A DNA stretch of 64,000 nt. It comes from Saccostrea cucullata (Eukaryota). Location of the stretch: NCBI RefSeq assembly GCF_032062105.1, contig NW_026937967.1, forward strand, positions 372,001 through 436,000. Direction: 5' to 3'. Numbering within the stretch: position 1 is the first letter of the stretch; each line of letters begins with the position of its first letter. Of the stretch, positions 25,360 to 39,433 are shown piece by piece. The translations under genes were made by a program, and so were the position numbers. The notes beneath the pieces were generated by a model. That model was not told where the DNA came from, ran no database searches, and saw nothing but the letters and a program-made list of their open reading frames with translations.

Positions 25360-27598
25360 TTTATGAAAACCACGACTCAAAGAAGAAAGACGCTGAAATG
25401 CCACTGTGATAAGAAGAAGTTCTAGATCTTGCTCTCAAGGTTTAGATGAGCAATCATTTACGAGAACCAACTTAATTCTAAACACAGTTTATTTATTTAT
25501 GCTTCAGTTCATGTTATTAGGATCAGAATATTGCACGCCCTCTTTATTTTTTAATACACTGAACTAATTAATTGATGCATTACTGTATATATGTAGGTTT
25601 GAAAAATAATAATTTTCGTGACGGTTATAGATACGCGTCAGAAATCGAAACTTGGAAGAAGGGGCACCAGATTACAAATATTTACAGCGGAAATACAGAA
25701 AAAATAACAATAAAAGTTTTCTTGATAAGCTTTAATAATTCCGGAATATTATGTCCCATAAAGATCAAATATACATGTAACGAGGAGATAAAATACTGGC
25801 AAGATTTTTTTAAAATCTGATAATTATACGTATACACACTTATTATTTTTCTTGTAATTGTGTATATCTATCTAGTTATAAAATTTAAAGTATCAATAAC
25901 ACACTTTTAATCTTCTAAGATAAGTAGCCCTTTGTCATGACCCTTAGTATTATACAATGTTTTCATTTAAACTTACCTCTATATGCCAGTAATTACATTG
26001 TACGTACAAGGGAAAATAAAAAAGAAAAGAAAAGAAAGAACTAAATTATAAATTTATTTTAAACAACAAATACATAATTATAACAACATTCAATTTGATG
26101 ATAATCCTTCAGTTTCAAGTGATGTGGAATATGTTAACTTATTAATTATCTGCTTCCCATGATTAATACTAACCATAAACCATTATATTACTTCCTTGAG
26201 AATCAATGAACTATGCTGTATATATTCGCTATAGTTCCATTAAAACAACAACTACTTCATATACAGATAAATGAAGAAAAATAAATGAAATTTACGAATA
26301 TTACCATAATTATGTCAAAAATGTACACCTATACTTTGTTTTCAATAAATCTGCAATATTGAGAAAAATTAATCTATTTTTACACATTTTCAAGACTTAA
26401 TATATTCACCATTCTCTGATGGATATCAAACAGAAAAGTTGTTTATAAAAAACGAAATTTTTAGCAAAGTGTAAAAAAAAAAAAAAAGATACTTCTTGAA
26501 TTTTTTCATCTTGTTACATTGTTATGAAAAAAAATTCTGGTTTAAAATTAGAATTTTATTCTGAATGATAAACTGTTACACATAATTATTTAGCAAAGAT
26601 AACATGTAAAGTGTAATAAATGACCCAGCTGTGTTAATATAATGTCAGCATATGTAGCATTACCTATTATCATTATTTCTATTTAGTATCAATATGTCTA
26701 AAACCATTTTTGATTAAAGCTTTAAGATTTTTCAAAATTAAATGTCCTTATATAGGAACACACTCTGCAATTCCCAAAAGCATCGATTAACTAAATACAT
26801 GAAAATATCTCCAAAATGAGTAAATGAGGTATCTACTTGTCAAACAACTTTGGCTTTGCACTTCTTTTCAAAAATATAAGTAGTTCGTAATCTTTTATAC
26901 ACTTTAATCTTTTTTAAACTTCAAAGAAACCAGTTTAAAATGTGCCATGTCATCGATACATATAAATCAAATTTTAGATTATTCAATTACATTTAATCAT
27001 TAAAACACGTAAAAATTAAACATATAATTTTCTAAAAATATCAATATGTAAAGAATGCTGTTTCCTTAAAAATATATATCAAAATATAGAAATATATCGT
27101 TATCTGCAATCTAACAAACATAAAAATCTAACAGTAACATTCTTCAAAACGACTTTAATAAACTTGTACCTCAGCAACCTGTCACAAAGCTATTTTTTTC
27201 AAACATTCTATCAAAATACAAACCTTTAACAACATATCTACCAAATCAACTTTCATAGTCCCCCTCTTTACTTCAGTAGAGCTCTCATAATTTACATGTA
27301 TCAGAACTTGAAAAAAATTCACAACATCCATTGAATAATGACGTATTACTAAATTATTATGACACATTCTTCATAAATATTTTTTTCAAAAACGCAACAT
27401 GTAAATTATGCTTTGTTTTTTTCCATATTTGCAGATAAATACTGCTTTAAAAAAGCTGTTGACTTCAATATGAAGGATATTCAAAATTACAAATGTTTCC
27501 TAGTGGCCTATGATCGCTATTAAAGGCACGTTGTGATCTTGAATAATTCTAATCTACTGAGGTCATTTAATTTTTTTTAATTCTTGGTATCTTTAGTA

Positions 27599-30500
27599 TT
27601 ATATATCATTTTGCTCCTGGGATCCATTTTCTGTGACGCTTCGTTGTAAAACATCCTCTCCATTAACAAAAACTTTCTGAATATTTCTGCTATCACCTAA
27701 AATACATACAGTTATATATGTAAGATGGGTGTAAATTTGATACAAAGTTATAAATAATACAAACGTTAGTTTAATTAATTATTAATTAAATAATAATTCT
27801 TTGTCAAATCATTTCATTTGAGATTAAATGTTAATTAAGAACATTGCATCCAATGCAGTGAGCATTTTTTTTTTTACAAATCACTTGAAATAAAAAAGTT
27901 TGAAAATTGCATAGCTTAGTTTTTGAGAGTGGATTTTTATTCTAAATGGTAACTAAATGCTTCTTTTGATGAAATCTTTCTTTAACATTTTTAAAATAAA
28001 AAAATCATTACCAAGGTAAATGAATTTCTGCACCAGGTCTTCTAGAGAATCCTCCTCAAATATATCAACCTGTGAACCAGGACAGTCAAGCTTTATCAAC
28101 AGGGCATCAAATTCCTTCCCCACTTCAAAGTTTCCACACAGGTGATCGACGGCTAAAGCTAAAAATATAAAGCAGATGTATTTGTGAAACTAGAAACTAT
28201 CAATCTTGATAATTGCCATTAAACATTGCATATTAAGGTTCATAAACCCTCTGCTCACTCATATAAAATGTTTCTTTAACTTTTCTGATTTTCCAAAGGA
28301 AATGTATATGCTAAATAAAATACAAACAATTGTAGGATGGCTTTCCGGGCAAAATTTGACAAAAAAGGCACTTCAACTTGACAAATTTATGAAGGAATAA
28401 AAGACATTTGTATCATTAAGAGTTATCCCACTTATTAGAGTATCAATGTACCTGAAAAGAAAATGCAGTTTACAAATGAACTGAATGATCATTTTCATTT
28501 ATCTACATGTACTGAAACCATCTAATTTTAATGTGTATCTCTTTGACAATGAAAGGTCATCTACATTTATTTTTACATACAAAAGGAAATGCATTAATAT
28601 AAATTGAATGAAAACACTGAATGACCGTGAGCACTGTGGCTCAGAATTGGTTTATACTTGAAAAGCTGAAATGTAGTCCCATGAAACCTATTCTTGAGAA
28701 GAAGATTTTTAAAGAACCTATACATTTTAATGTGCCATTTTATCTCATGATTTGACAAATTGAATCTACAAAAGGCTTCCATAATTATATAAATATGATC
28801 AATTATTCTTTGTTATTTAGTTTTTTAAAGAACTATATATTTCTATGTAAAACTTTGGTCGGCCACATAGTTTATGTAACATTCACAATTATGGCTTTGC
28901 TATGGAGAAGAAATAAAAATTGTAAAATCGGCCAAGTCATGATTTGAACAAACAACACTGTCATAAAAGAAATATGGCTTTGTTATTCTTGAGAAGAAGA
29001 AGAATCTATATAGTTTTAAATGAAAAAAAAATTATTTAATATTTTAAAAAATACAATGTCACCCACTACTGGGGGTCATGATTTGTAGGATGCTTCCATA
29101 TAAATATGATCAATTAGTTTGCTATTCTTGAGAAGAAGATTTTTAAAGAATTTTCCTATATATTTCTATGTAAAACTTTGGTCAGCCATTTTGGCGCCGC
29201 CCTACCCCTGGGGGTCATGATTTGAACAAATTTGAATCTACACTACCTGAGGATGCTTCCATATAAATATGATCAATTATGGCTTTGTTATTCTTGAGAA
29301 GAAGATTTTTAAAGAACATATATTTCTTTAAAAGTACATGTATGAGAAAAACTACCTGAGGATGAAAAATGGCACAGTGGCAATCCACAACCTTGTGACC
29401 TATTTACCCTAATTACACAGTAATGATCACTGAAAATGAGCATATTAAGACATTTACTAGTATTACAAATAGCATAATTGTAAACCTTGTACACATTAAC
29501 CCTGAAAATCATAAAGACATTTATTACAAATAGCTTAATAGTAAAGTACACAGACCCTATCTGCTTATATTGTATTCCATTGATGAGTACTAAAAGGTCA
29601 AACAAGTTTATTAACTTCAGACCCCATGCTTCATGTGTATTTAATTATTTATGCTCACGAATTTGAACTTGGGCTGCAGCAGTCAACTAAGTATTTGACT
29701 TCATTATGTACATTATTTAAATCTGGTTTACATGTAAAATCAATGGCGACATGTGTAATGTACTGATACCTTGGCTACCACCATATGTTGCCATCATAAA
29801 GGCTTCCCTGTGGGTGATGGGTTTGTGGGTGGGGTCTTTGATTGCCCACATGTTGGAGGTATGTATCGCTGTCCTCATGGCATCAAGCATGGAGGGGCTG
29901 TACCCTCCAGACACATCTAAAAGAAAGAAAGAAATATTTTGATGACAGGAACATCTTGTTAACTCTGTTCCCAAAATGTGCATTTTTTAATATTTGGCAA
30001 GTTAAACAAAATATATTAAGTGAATCCTCTGGCTACTGAAACAGTGTTCAATTTTTGTATATGATGGAATGCATAAGTGTCGCTTCCTATGTTCTTTTTA
30101 AATTCCAAAAAATTAAACTCATCAAACTGTATTTGTCAATCAAACATATTAAACATATTTAAGATATATAATAAAAGAAATCAGGTTCAGATTCAAAATA
30201 ACGTAAAAATATTCTTATTTAGTAGTCTTAACTTGGGCAAAAGCCCCTATAAATGCAATGAACTGCAACAAATACATTGTATAAATCACATGTGTTTGTT
30301 GCAGTGGATTATTATGTTCTAGTATCTTACCTGTGCCCAGTCCTACTTTTATACCTTCTGAAAGACATTGGCGTGCATTAAAAATTCCACTTCGTATACT
30401 ACAACAAGGACATTAACACTCTGTACTTATAAACATGGTAAAGTATGTACAGTCATGTACTTGTACAAAACAAAAAAACTTAGAATTATCTGGCATTGTA

Positions 30501-32412
30501 ATCTTTTGTACACTCACGATAAGTTGGAGTTGGGACAGTGTGATATAGATGCACCTTTCTCCTTAATCTTCTTCCTCTCTTTTTCAGACAAGTAAATTCC
30601 ATGACCTAGTACAGTCTGGATAAAACAAAAGTTATTTAATCTTCAGCTTGCAAAAATTAACATTAGCTAGTATTCAAGGCAACTTGCACTGGAACCTATA
30701 CAGAGAGAGGGAGAGAGAGAAAATCGTACATGCAATGCCATGTACCTTGCCATGGATGAGTCCCGCTTTGTCATACACATCCAGATAGTCCTCACAGTCT
30801 GGGAACATTTTACCTACTGATTCACACTCATCCTTTGTTTCCGATATATGCGTCTGTTAAAAAAAAACAACAACATTAATTGTAAATTCTTGATTTTGTT
30901 CCCAGCTTTTCTGTAAGTGACACACTGTGTTACTTACTTGCACATGTAAGTCCTTTTCGATGGCCAGAAGTCCTAAGGCATCCATTAACTGTGGACTGCA
31001 GCAGATTGCAAACCTGGGTGTAATAATTGGCAATACTCTTGCATACTGCAAAATATATGCGTGAAGTTTATTCTTGATGCAGGTAAAAACGTATCATTAA
31101 ATCAGTAAAATGATGCCCCCATTGTTAACTTACAACTTAAAGGATGCATTATTTTTTTATACCCCCCGCTTGAAAAGCGGGAGGGTATTTAGTAATCGTT
31201 AATTCCGTCCGTCTGTGCGTCTGTCCGTCCGTCCGTCTGTTACGCTTTGGGGTACCCTTCTCTTATCCGCAACTCCTCTCATACCAATGAAGGAAATTTA
31301 ATGAAACTTTCACAGAATCTTTATTACATATTGCCATTGTGCACCTCCTATTTTACTTTTTGATCTGACATATATTTTGAATTTTCCAGAGCAAACCATG
31401 GATACTGCCATTATATTCATATGGGAGGCGGGGGGTATTATTTAGTGAGCTCATTGCTCACAGTACGCTCATTGCTCACAGTACCTCTAGTACTCAATTT
31501 CATTAAGCAATGCATCCATTTCCATGTAATTACACAAGAATATCTGCTATATAGAATTGTAGAAGCTGTTAAAGAACAATTATTTTTGTAGTTTATAAAA
31601 CAAAACTTTGTGTAATATCAACCCCACTATACTTTATGTATAAAATGCAATGGTTAATTGCCTCAAACATATGCAATGTTATTTATCTGATACAAATGAC
31701 AAGGTTGTACATATCTACATCTACATTTAAGGAATCACTGTCTAGTTAGGAGGGTGTGTCAGGGCATCAACAATACATGTAGTGGGAAACATGGGATAAT
31801 TTGCATAACTGGCGAAGCCCGTTATGCTTAAATTATCCCATGTTTCCCACTATTGTTGATGTCCTTGACATACTCTCCTAACTAGACAGTGATTCCTTAT
31901 ATTTCCACTTCATTGTGAAATAAAATTGTAGATTTAGACTTTAAAAATGTAGATAATTAGATTTAAATCACATGATGACTTCCATGCCAATTTCAATATT
32001 CCTCGCCAACCGACGTCAAACACAAAGGCAGCCGCACGAGATTTACATGCATATTTGGCCTCTTAGCGTCAGACACAGAGACAGATGCGCACGAGAATTG
32101 CATGCGTATTAGGCCTCCTTACATGTAGCTCCCGATCTATCGACCTGCCTAATTTACATTCCGGCAGAATTATCAAGAAATAAACTACCCCTAACTTTCA
32201 AAGAGTTATCACAGAGAAAAAAATTAGAAATGGAAATATGTATGTATAAATACCAACTATGTTTACCTTTTTCTGGAGAACGTTATCAACAAATCTGAAA
32301 TTGATAAACAGTCATGATATGATCAGTTCAAAAGACGCATTAATATATCCAGACATTGTGGGTAAGAATTGCATTTTAATCTCAAATACCCCGGTATTTT
32401 AATGTCAATCAC

Positions 32413-32449
<37 letters not shown>

Positions 32450-35400
32450 TTGGGTGAGACAATATACATATAGACAGATGAAATCATACTTCCGAGTTTC
32501 TGAAATAGATTTGTCCACAGATTCTTCAATGTAGTAGTCTGGTGAATTAGTATTCATGTTTACTTTCCCAACAAGTGCCCGCTGACCGTTCTTCTCTGAA
32601 GAAGAAAAATTAAGAACTATACATCGAAGTATTATTTTTAGAAAAAAATCTTTGATTTTTCGCATGTACAAATAAAATGTTAGTCAAACATGTATTTTTA
32701 TTCTTTTCCCTAGTACTTGAAAACGTTATTGATAAATGATGAATTGTACCTATGATGTCGCACAACGTCAGACAAGCCTCAGAGTGTATAGTTCCGTAAT
32801 AACTTGCCGTTGTTGTACCATTCTCCAAGGTTCGTCTCTGTCAAAATATAATGTATGTACTGTGTTATATAAAAAATTAACATTTTATTAAGGTATTAAA
32901 ACAAAATGGAGAAGTGCATGTAAAAATAATTTGTATAACAATACAACGCTGTTAAACACATATATTTCAAATGACAGGTAGGAAAGACAATAAAGCTATT
33001 AATATGAAAGTGTTGCCGTGTCAGACGTTGTTAATTCTTCAAATCCTGAACTAACAGAATGTACGTATAATTTCCTTCATATCGTCAAAACAAAATTTTG
33101 ATTCGTTGATTGTCAAAAGCAAAACGACGACCTGGAGATATTTCAGTCAAGTCTCATTGTCGGTGTTTTTTTTTTCTAAATGAAAAAACGTTACAAAAAA
33201 AGTCATTTGAAGAAATAAAATTAGAAATTTTGAACAATCATCAAATACATGTAGTGTTATTCCATATATAAACGTGTATGCCTCCAAAATGCTGTAATAA
33301 TAGCATTCTTATCCATCATTATTCCCTCGATCTCTGTCTGATGAGGAATCATTTTTATTCGCGGGAATTAATTTTCATGAATTGCATATAAAATGTTAAG
33401 GATTGTGGGCTTACAATTTAGTGAACCAGGTTCCGTTGTGAATTATAAAACCTACCTAAAAATGAATAAATGTTTTTCAAAGTCGCTAATTTATGGATTG
33501 TGGAAATGTGAGATACGTCCCCTCATCCCCCACCCCCGTGTGGGGGGATACAGTGATTTGCAATACATTTTCGTTTAAAATGAAAGTATAAATCTATAAT
33601 TTGCACAAAACAACATCTTTATGAGAAAGAGAACGTGACGTTCAAAAACTACAGTACTCTCGACGCGGAGGTTTATGCGGTCAAATCTGAAATTTCGACA
33701 GGGTAAAATTCATCATTGTTAACGAACAAACCCAATGGACATTGTTTGATATCATAAAGTTAGGGTAGGTTGGTACAAATGAATTATTCTAATCAGTAAT
33801 AATGCAAGCCATTATTAATTCTACATGGACTTATCCAATGTAATTCATTTTTCATCTATGACCGGACGTCCTTGTTATCAAGTGAACAAAACTGGTGCAT
33901 TATAATATCGTAGGGCATTTCCCGCTCTCGATGTCTACACAAAGCATGAAATGTCAGGATTATAGGTGCTTAATTTTGTTTAAAAGTATGATTAAATCTA
34001 CAAAGAAATTCAAATATCTATAATGTACATATACATTCAGGTAATATTACGCAAAGAAGTCGGGAATAAAATAAAATATTTAATAGACTTCAACATACGA
34101 AGAATTTACAATCCTTACCACAACTCTGTTGTATGCAGTTTTTGCAAATTCAGGCTCCTGAAATTTGGCCTCTGTGGGGAAGGTATAGGTAGTCAGCCAT
34201 TCTAGGAGTCCCCTGTCCAATCCTTTCCCGGCGTTTGGGTACTGCGGGGCATGTATATGAGTGTCTATCATCCCGGGCATAAGAAATCCACTGTTTTAAA
34301 GGAATATTATATTTTTTGAAAATTAATTTTCAAAGTTGGGTTCCAACCAACCCTTTTCGGGAGGGTGTGTGTGAATATATAAATTTGTCATTTTTTAGAT
34401 CAAGGTGAAAAAGTAACGGAGGATTTAGCTTTTGCATTGGCTTAAATCTTTTATGAGACGTTTTACTTAGATATTTTATTACATGTAGTTTCTTTTTGTT
34501 CAAAACATTTTTTTTAATTTATCTTATCAGAAGATATGCTTGTTGCCGCCCTCCACACAACCGATAATTTTTTTTTACTAAACATACAACATTATCAAAC
34601 ATATGTTTACTAAATAAACATATCTAATCTTCATTTCAGTGAAATCCAAAAAAAAAAAAAAAAAAAAATGCCAACTTTATACTTAACACAAAGCAAACCC
34701 TAATATATATGTACCAAAATTAAGTTACAACATGCATGAATGCATGAAACATGTTTCGGATTGTTGAAAATCACAAACATGATAAAGGTATGCTGCAAAA
34801 TTAAAATTTGTCGTTTTCCTTTCGTGTTGCATGCCTTCAGAAACAGGGAGTGTGTCAAATGTATGTTGTGGTGCAATCAAACATTTATATACATGTAATC
34901 AATAATTATGTAATAATGGTTCATAGGCTTTGGCGCAAAGGTTAAAAATTACGTACTTTTTACCAATTTTTATAACTTCGTGTTCCTTTTCGTTAACTTT
35001 CTGTTGAAATTTCTCCAATTCTTCAATAAACACAATCTACCAAAAGCAACAGATCATTAGTAAAGTAAGGTAGGCTATACCAATTTTTTTTTTTATTTAA
35101 AAAAGAAGACATCTTGAAAATAGACGACTACGTACTGGTACAATATGTAGATTATTACTAAAAATCCAAATACATGTAGTAAATAACTAACAAGCTTACT
35201 TCAATTTCTTGATGCATTTTTAAATTATATTATAAAGTCTTTTAAATTAAAATATTTTCAATGGTACATACGCTCTTTTTTTAATAGATTTAATTAAATT
35301 TAACTATGATTTTAGGGGCGGGGGTACTTTTAATCAAAATTATATATCTACATTATCGTACTCTCTTTAGACAAGTAGAGAAATGGACATTGTCCACTTC

Positions 35401-35760
35401 TTTAAATGTATCGCATATCAATTTTAACTCCGACATTGCATTTTACTACATGAGAAAAGGTCAACGAACCACTTGATCTTTTCAACCCCATTCATGAACA
35501 CTTTAAATAGAATGACCCAGTCTTACATTTGTACACATAACTCACCTATCCTTTGAACAACTGTCACATTGTAACAATCCACACAAAAATATTAAAACAT
35601 CGAATGGACTTTAAAACATATGTAAAAGCCCACAATCAGATAATTTTTAATGGCTCACCTTTCCTTCTTTCACTCCGATGGCATGCTTTTGAAGTATTTT
35701 CATGTAGTCTTTCCTCGTAGAATGAACTATCATACCGCAATAAACCTGCGTTTTTGCCAT
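27599..35760 (-). CDS. GDA: Guanine deaminase, 449 aa, 13 exons (35760-35659, 35036-34957, 34290-34119, 32837-32750, 32595-32490, 32294-32267, 31045-30938, 30853-30746, 30615-30518, 30398-30331, 29916-29770, 28158-28012, 27696-27599)
   Basis: Amidohydrolase motifs PGMIDTHIHAPQY, GTTTASYYGTIH, ITPRFAICCS, HVQTHISE, HCPNSN, GLGTDVSGGYSPSML, GNFEVGKEFDA and YLGDSRNI. All exons join in frame (1350 nt). Confidence 0.96.
28660..29370 (-). repeat. Degenerate ~160-170 bp tandem units of HINE/satellite type in a GDA intron (similar tract at ~58540-58960)
   Basis: Recurring ttcttgagaagaagatttttaaag, tcatgatttgaacaaa and gcttccatataaatatgatcaatta motifs. Confidence 0.7.
31152..31492 (+). mobile_element. 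Near-complete HINE/DINE-like element
   Basis: Sub-terminal inverted repeats ataccccccgc / gcggggggtat, a 5' stem ccgcttgaaaagcgg, a (gtcc)n microsatellite and a 3' hairpin gtgagctcattgctcac. Confidence 0.8.
31728..31900. repeat. ~170-bp near-perfect palindrome with a ggcgaagcc apex
   Basis: taaggaatcactgtctagttaggag.. pairs with ..ctcctaactagacagtgattcctta along its whole length. Confidence 0.9.
32412..32448. repeat. (GA)n microsatellite
   Basis: Direct reading. Confidence 0.95.
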
Positions 35761-36048
35761 GTCGATGGCTGTCAATGCAGTCTCTTTCTATGGTGACTTG
35801 TACACGGTAAAACAAGGTGCTAATTCACTCGCCTTCTTGCCAACCAAGTCATTCCACATGGTGCAACAAGTTTATGTTTACACCTGAGAGTTACCTCCCC
35901 ATTTATTGATTGGAGTGGCGGATCATAAATGGGCGTAATATTAATTTATACAAGCGCTTCAGGATGAACATGAACAATATCCCATGATTTTTCAAGTAAT
36001 ATTTATATGATACATATTATTTTTTGTATGTTTTATATTCTATAAATA

Positions 36049-37146
36049 CGAGGGCTGTTCGGGAATTACATGTATATTGAGACACGATGTACAATTACAT
36101 GTATGCTTTCTAATGAACGTCTTTCGGTGAAAATTTGCATAACATTTGACAAACATTTAGAATTCATTAAAGCAAGCAATGATTTACAAATATTTAATAT
36201 CTTCTCTTCAGTGGTATAAAAATATGTCAATGGTAGGGGTACCCGGCGCAGTCACGAATTCAGGTATTGAAAATAATTATGTAATTACCAACATTCTAAC
36301 CCATGCACGATGGCCCCATAATAAGAGCGAAAATAATTAAATTTATGTATATAATTACAGATTTCAATTCTACTTTGACTTCATGTTGTGCAAGTTTGTT
36401 TGAATTCTGATCAAAATTATGGAGATCATTAAAGAAATGAGGCGAGGTAAAGAAATCTAATAACGACGACTGAATGAAGTCAAGGCGGATCGAGCAGCGA
36501 GAGACATAAAATTTTGTGTAGCGCTATGTAGAACTCTTTACTAAACTGACCAACCTGCTAAAACAATAAAAACAAGTACAAAACATGTTTACGGGATTGT
36601 TATTTCATTTATTTATATTTTTCTGACCAATGATTCAATCAGAGTAAAATCAAACGCTCCGGACGCCCATCAATTTTTTTACGGTAACGGAATTAATAAC
36701 GTTGACCTGCGCTGCATAAATTTGGCGCTTTATGATGTTAAATCATCAGGTATATATATGACACTAGAACATGTCATACTGGTGTAGCAACAGTACACAT
36801 TGTTTAAAGAATCGTTTAAGATAAGAGACAGTCTGATTTTTGTAATGTTATGTATGGTAATAATTAAAGAAAGATCAGAGTCAACGCTTCCCGATCATAT
36901 CGTTTTACATGGGAAATCATCGGCTGACGTGACGTACTAGTAAATTGACGTAGCGATGCTGCTCCAGGTCAATAGACATCTGCATGTTCATAATTTCACC
37001 AGAACTTATCTAATTATCCTATAAATTAGAAATTTTGCATAATTGTTTTATTCGTTCTTTATTAAATGTTGATGAATTTTCCTGAATTTATCTCTGCCCT
37101 TTATGGAGTTAAAGTAAATGTCTCAATAATTTTCGAACAGCCCCCG
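36049..37146. mobile_element. Degenerate Tc1/mariner-type element
   Basis: Ends ta-cgagggctgttcg..tattgagac and gtctcaataattttcgaacagcccccg. A possible remnant of a transposase N-terminus (..IKFCV..) lies near 36480-36530; there is no intact ORF. Confidence 0.7.
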
Positions 37147-39164
37147 TTATCCCTGTTTTATATTCACTTTAATCCAGCATAATGGTGTATTTGTCAAACT
37201 GAATTTGAATCACAGTTTGTAGAGTTGGATAAATACACCATATACTGGATTAAATATGAATATTTAAAAATAACTGTAAGATATTTTCATTTATATTATT
37301 ATCATATCTTTAATATTCTAAAAGATCAATTTTTATTAATTCGTTGTAAACATACTTTTTACAATGAATGGAAATTAGTGTACTTATTTTTAAAAATCGA
37401 GTATTGGAATCAAATAGATTTAAACAGATATATATAGATACGTACTATACATGTAATAATAGCTAGGTCGCTGGTGGTGAATTATAGAAAATTTAATTCT
37501 AAAAAATTACACCCGAACAATCTGAGGCCTAATACTTAAATGAATAACATATACATGTACATAAGAAAATATAAGAATGAGCAATGAGCACGGGTGTCAT
37601 TAAGAATTTTTACTCATCTTATTCCGTACATTCTTTTTAATACATGAATACACTACATCAATCTCCTATGCAGAGTTGTCGTTCGTTCCTCTCTCAGTGA
37701 GCCGGTGGTAGAGAGTGACACTACATGTACATGGGGATCAAGACCACGGTCCTAATGTCCAACGACTACAAAGTAAATGAGCCGTGGGTTAGATGTAAAG
37801 ATCGAAAGGGATTTGACCTCCTCATGGACATGATAGATAAAATCAAACATGTATACATTGAATATAGTGAATTAAAGAGGGGAGGGATTGTCCCATTCCC
37901 CATCTTTCAAATTTGCATTTATAAATATTTCATATGTACATATATTTTACTTAATGTGTATGTATGTGAAACGTAAAATAAAATTCAAATCTAATGGGAA
38001 TTTACTTTTTGATATAATTTTGATAAAACACATCATATATCCATTGTATATCTAATAGTCGTTCATGATGCTAAATATGGAACTGTTAACAAATGAAATA
38101 TGTTTTCATATTTATATTTCCACATCACAAAAGAAATGAATCGCTCATTGGATAACACTTCATCCTTGGGGTTCAACAAGTCAATATATTTCGAAACCAG
38201 TCTTACAACACCCAAAAGTCATCATCTTCTGAAAATGTTACAAAATTGTATAGAAATAATGATGAGATGATAGTGTTAATAATGTAGTTATGTAAATATA
38301 AATAAATTATCGACATTATCACTCACGAGAACACCTACGCAGAGTGGTGTTTAGAGCCCTTCGAAGTTGTTATATGTATAATAATAATTTGCTGTCAATA
38401 ATGGTAAATTATTTTTATGCTGGGATTTTGCAATATCTATTGTCTTATTTATTCTTGTGAACTCCTTCCGTTTAGCCTAAAAAGGAGAAAAAATGCTTAT
38501 AAGTTCTGGCATATCAAGTAAGCCGTCTTTAATCTTTTTAAAAATATGATGAGCGAAATTTTCTTTATACACATATTCTTATATTAATCGTCGGAGTGCC
38601 TGTTGAAGTTGGAATCATACCAGTTGCGAGAACATTCCTTTTGGATGAAATTGGCCATGTACTACGTGTACATATTCCGGGTATTGGTCTAATATGTTGG
38701 ACCTTAAAAAGAGGTTTTAAAAAATCATAAGTACATGTATATAAATTTTTAACCCACTGGTGTAATTCAATCCGAATAATATTGAGCAATCTTTCACAGA
38801 ACTTGGATGCAAATTTTTTTAATTCCAAAGAATTTCAAAAATTATTTAACACTTTTCATTATTCTAAACTATTCAATAAAAATATTATTATTTAATTATA
38901 TTAGACAATACTCTGAACAATTTTAGCTACACCAATCAAAAGTTAAGGTGAGTTTTTGCTGATCACCTAGTATATTCCTAGTCTGTCTGTTTGACATCCG
39001 TCAATTCAACTTTTAATTAAAGAACCACACGGATAATTCTACTCAAACCTGCATACCCTAGGTAAAACCAAATTTTTATCAGGAAACATTTTCCAGTCCG
39101 AAGTTTCAATACTTCATGTACAAAAGGAATCTAATATAGATGGTCTCTCAAATTTGAAATCATA

Positions 39165-39433
39165 CACTGTAAAAAAAAAATAACTAGTTAATGTTACGAA
39201 GAAAACTAGTAGATTCATTGTCCATATAATCACTACCTTAATAGTAGTTTTACCAGATATTGGTACATTTACTAGATAAGATTAGTAAATTTAGAATTGA
39301 TGAGTAACTTTCACTAGGTATCTAAGTATCTATACGACCCCCGCTCCACAACTCACTAAACTGAAAGTTTACTAATCACGACCAAAGCTTTACGAAACAC
39401 ACTAGTTAAATTCACTAGGTTTTTCTTTCAGTG
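39165..39433. mobile_element. MITE with CACTG..CAGTG ends flanked by TA
   Basis: ta-cactgtaaaaaa..aactagt and actagg..ttttctttcagtg-ta; internal actag/ttact repeats. Confidence 0.55.

Noticed and set aside
37670-37830. GC-richer segment with weak A-box/B-box likeness (tRNA gene?)
   Set aside because: No cloverleaf can be formed; at most a decayed SINE.
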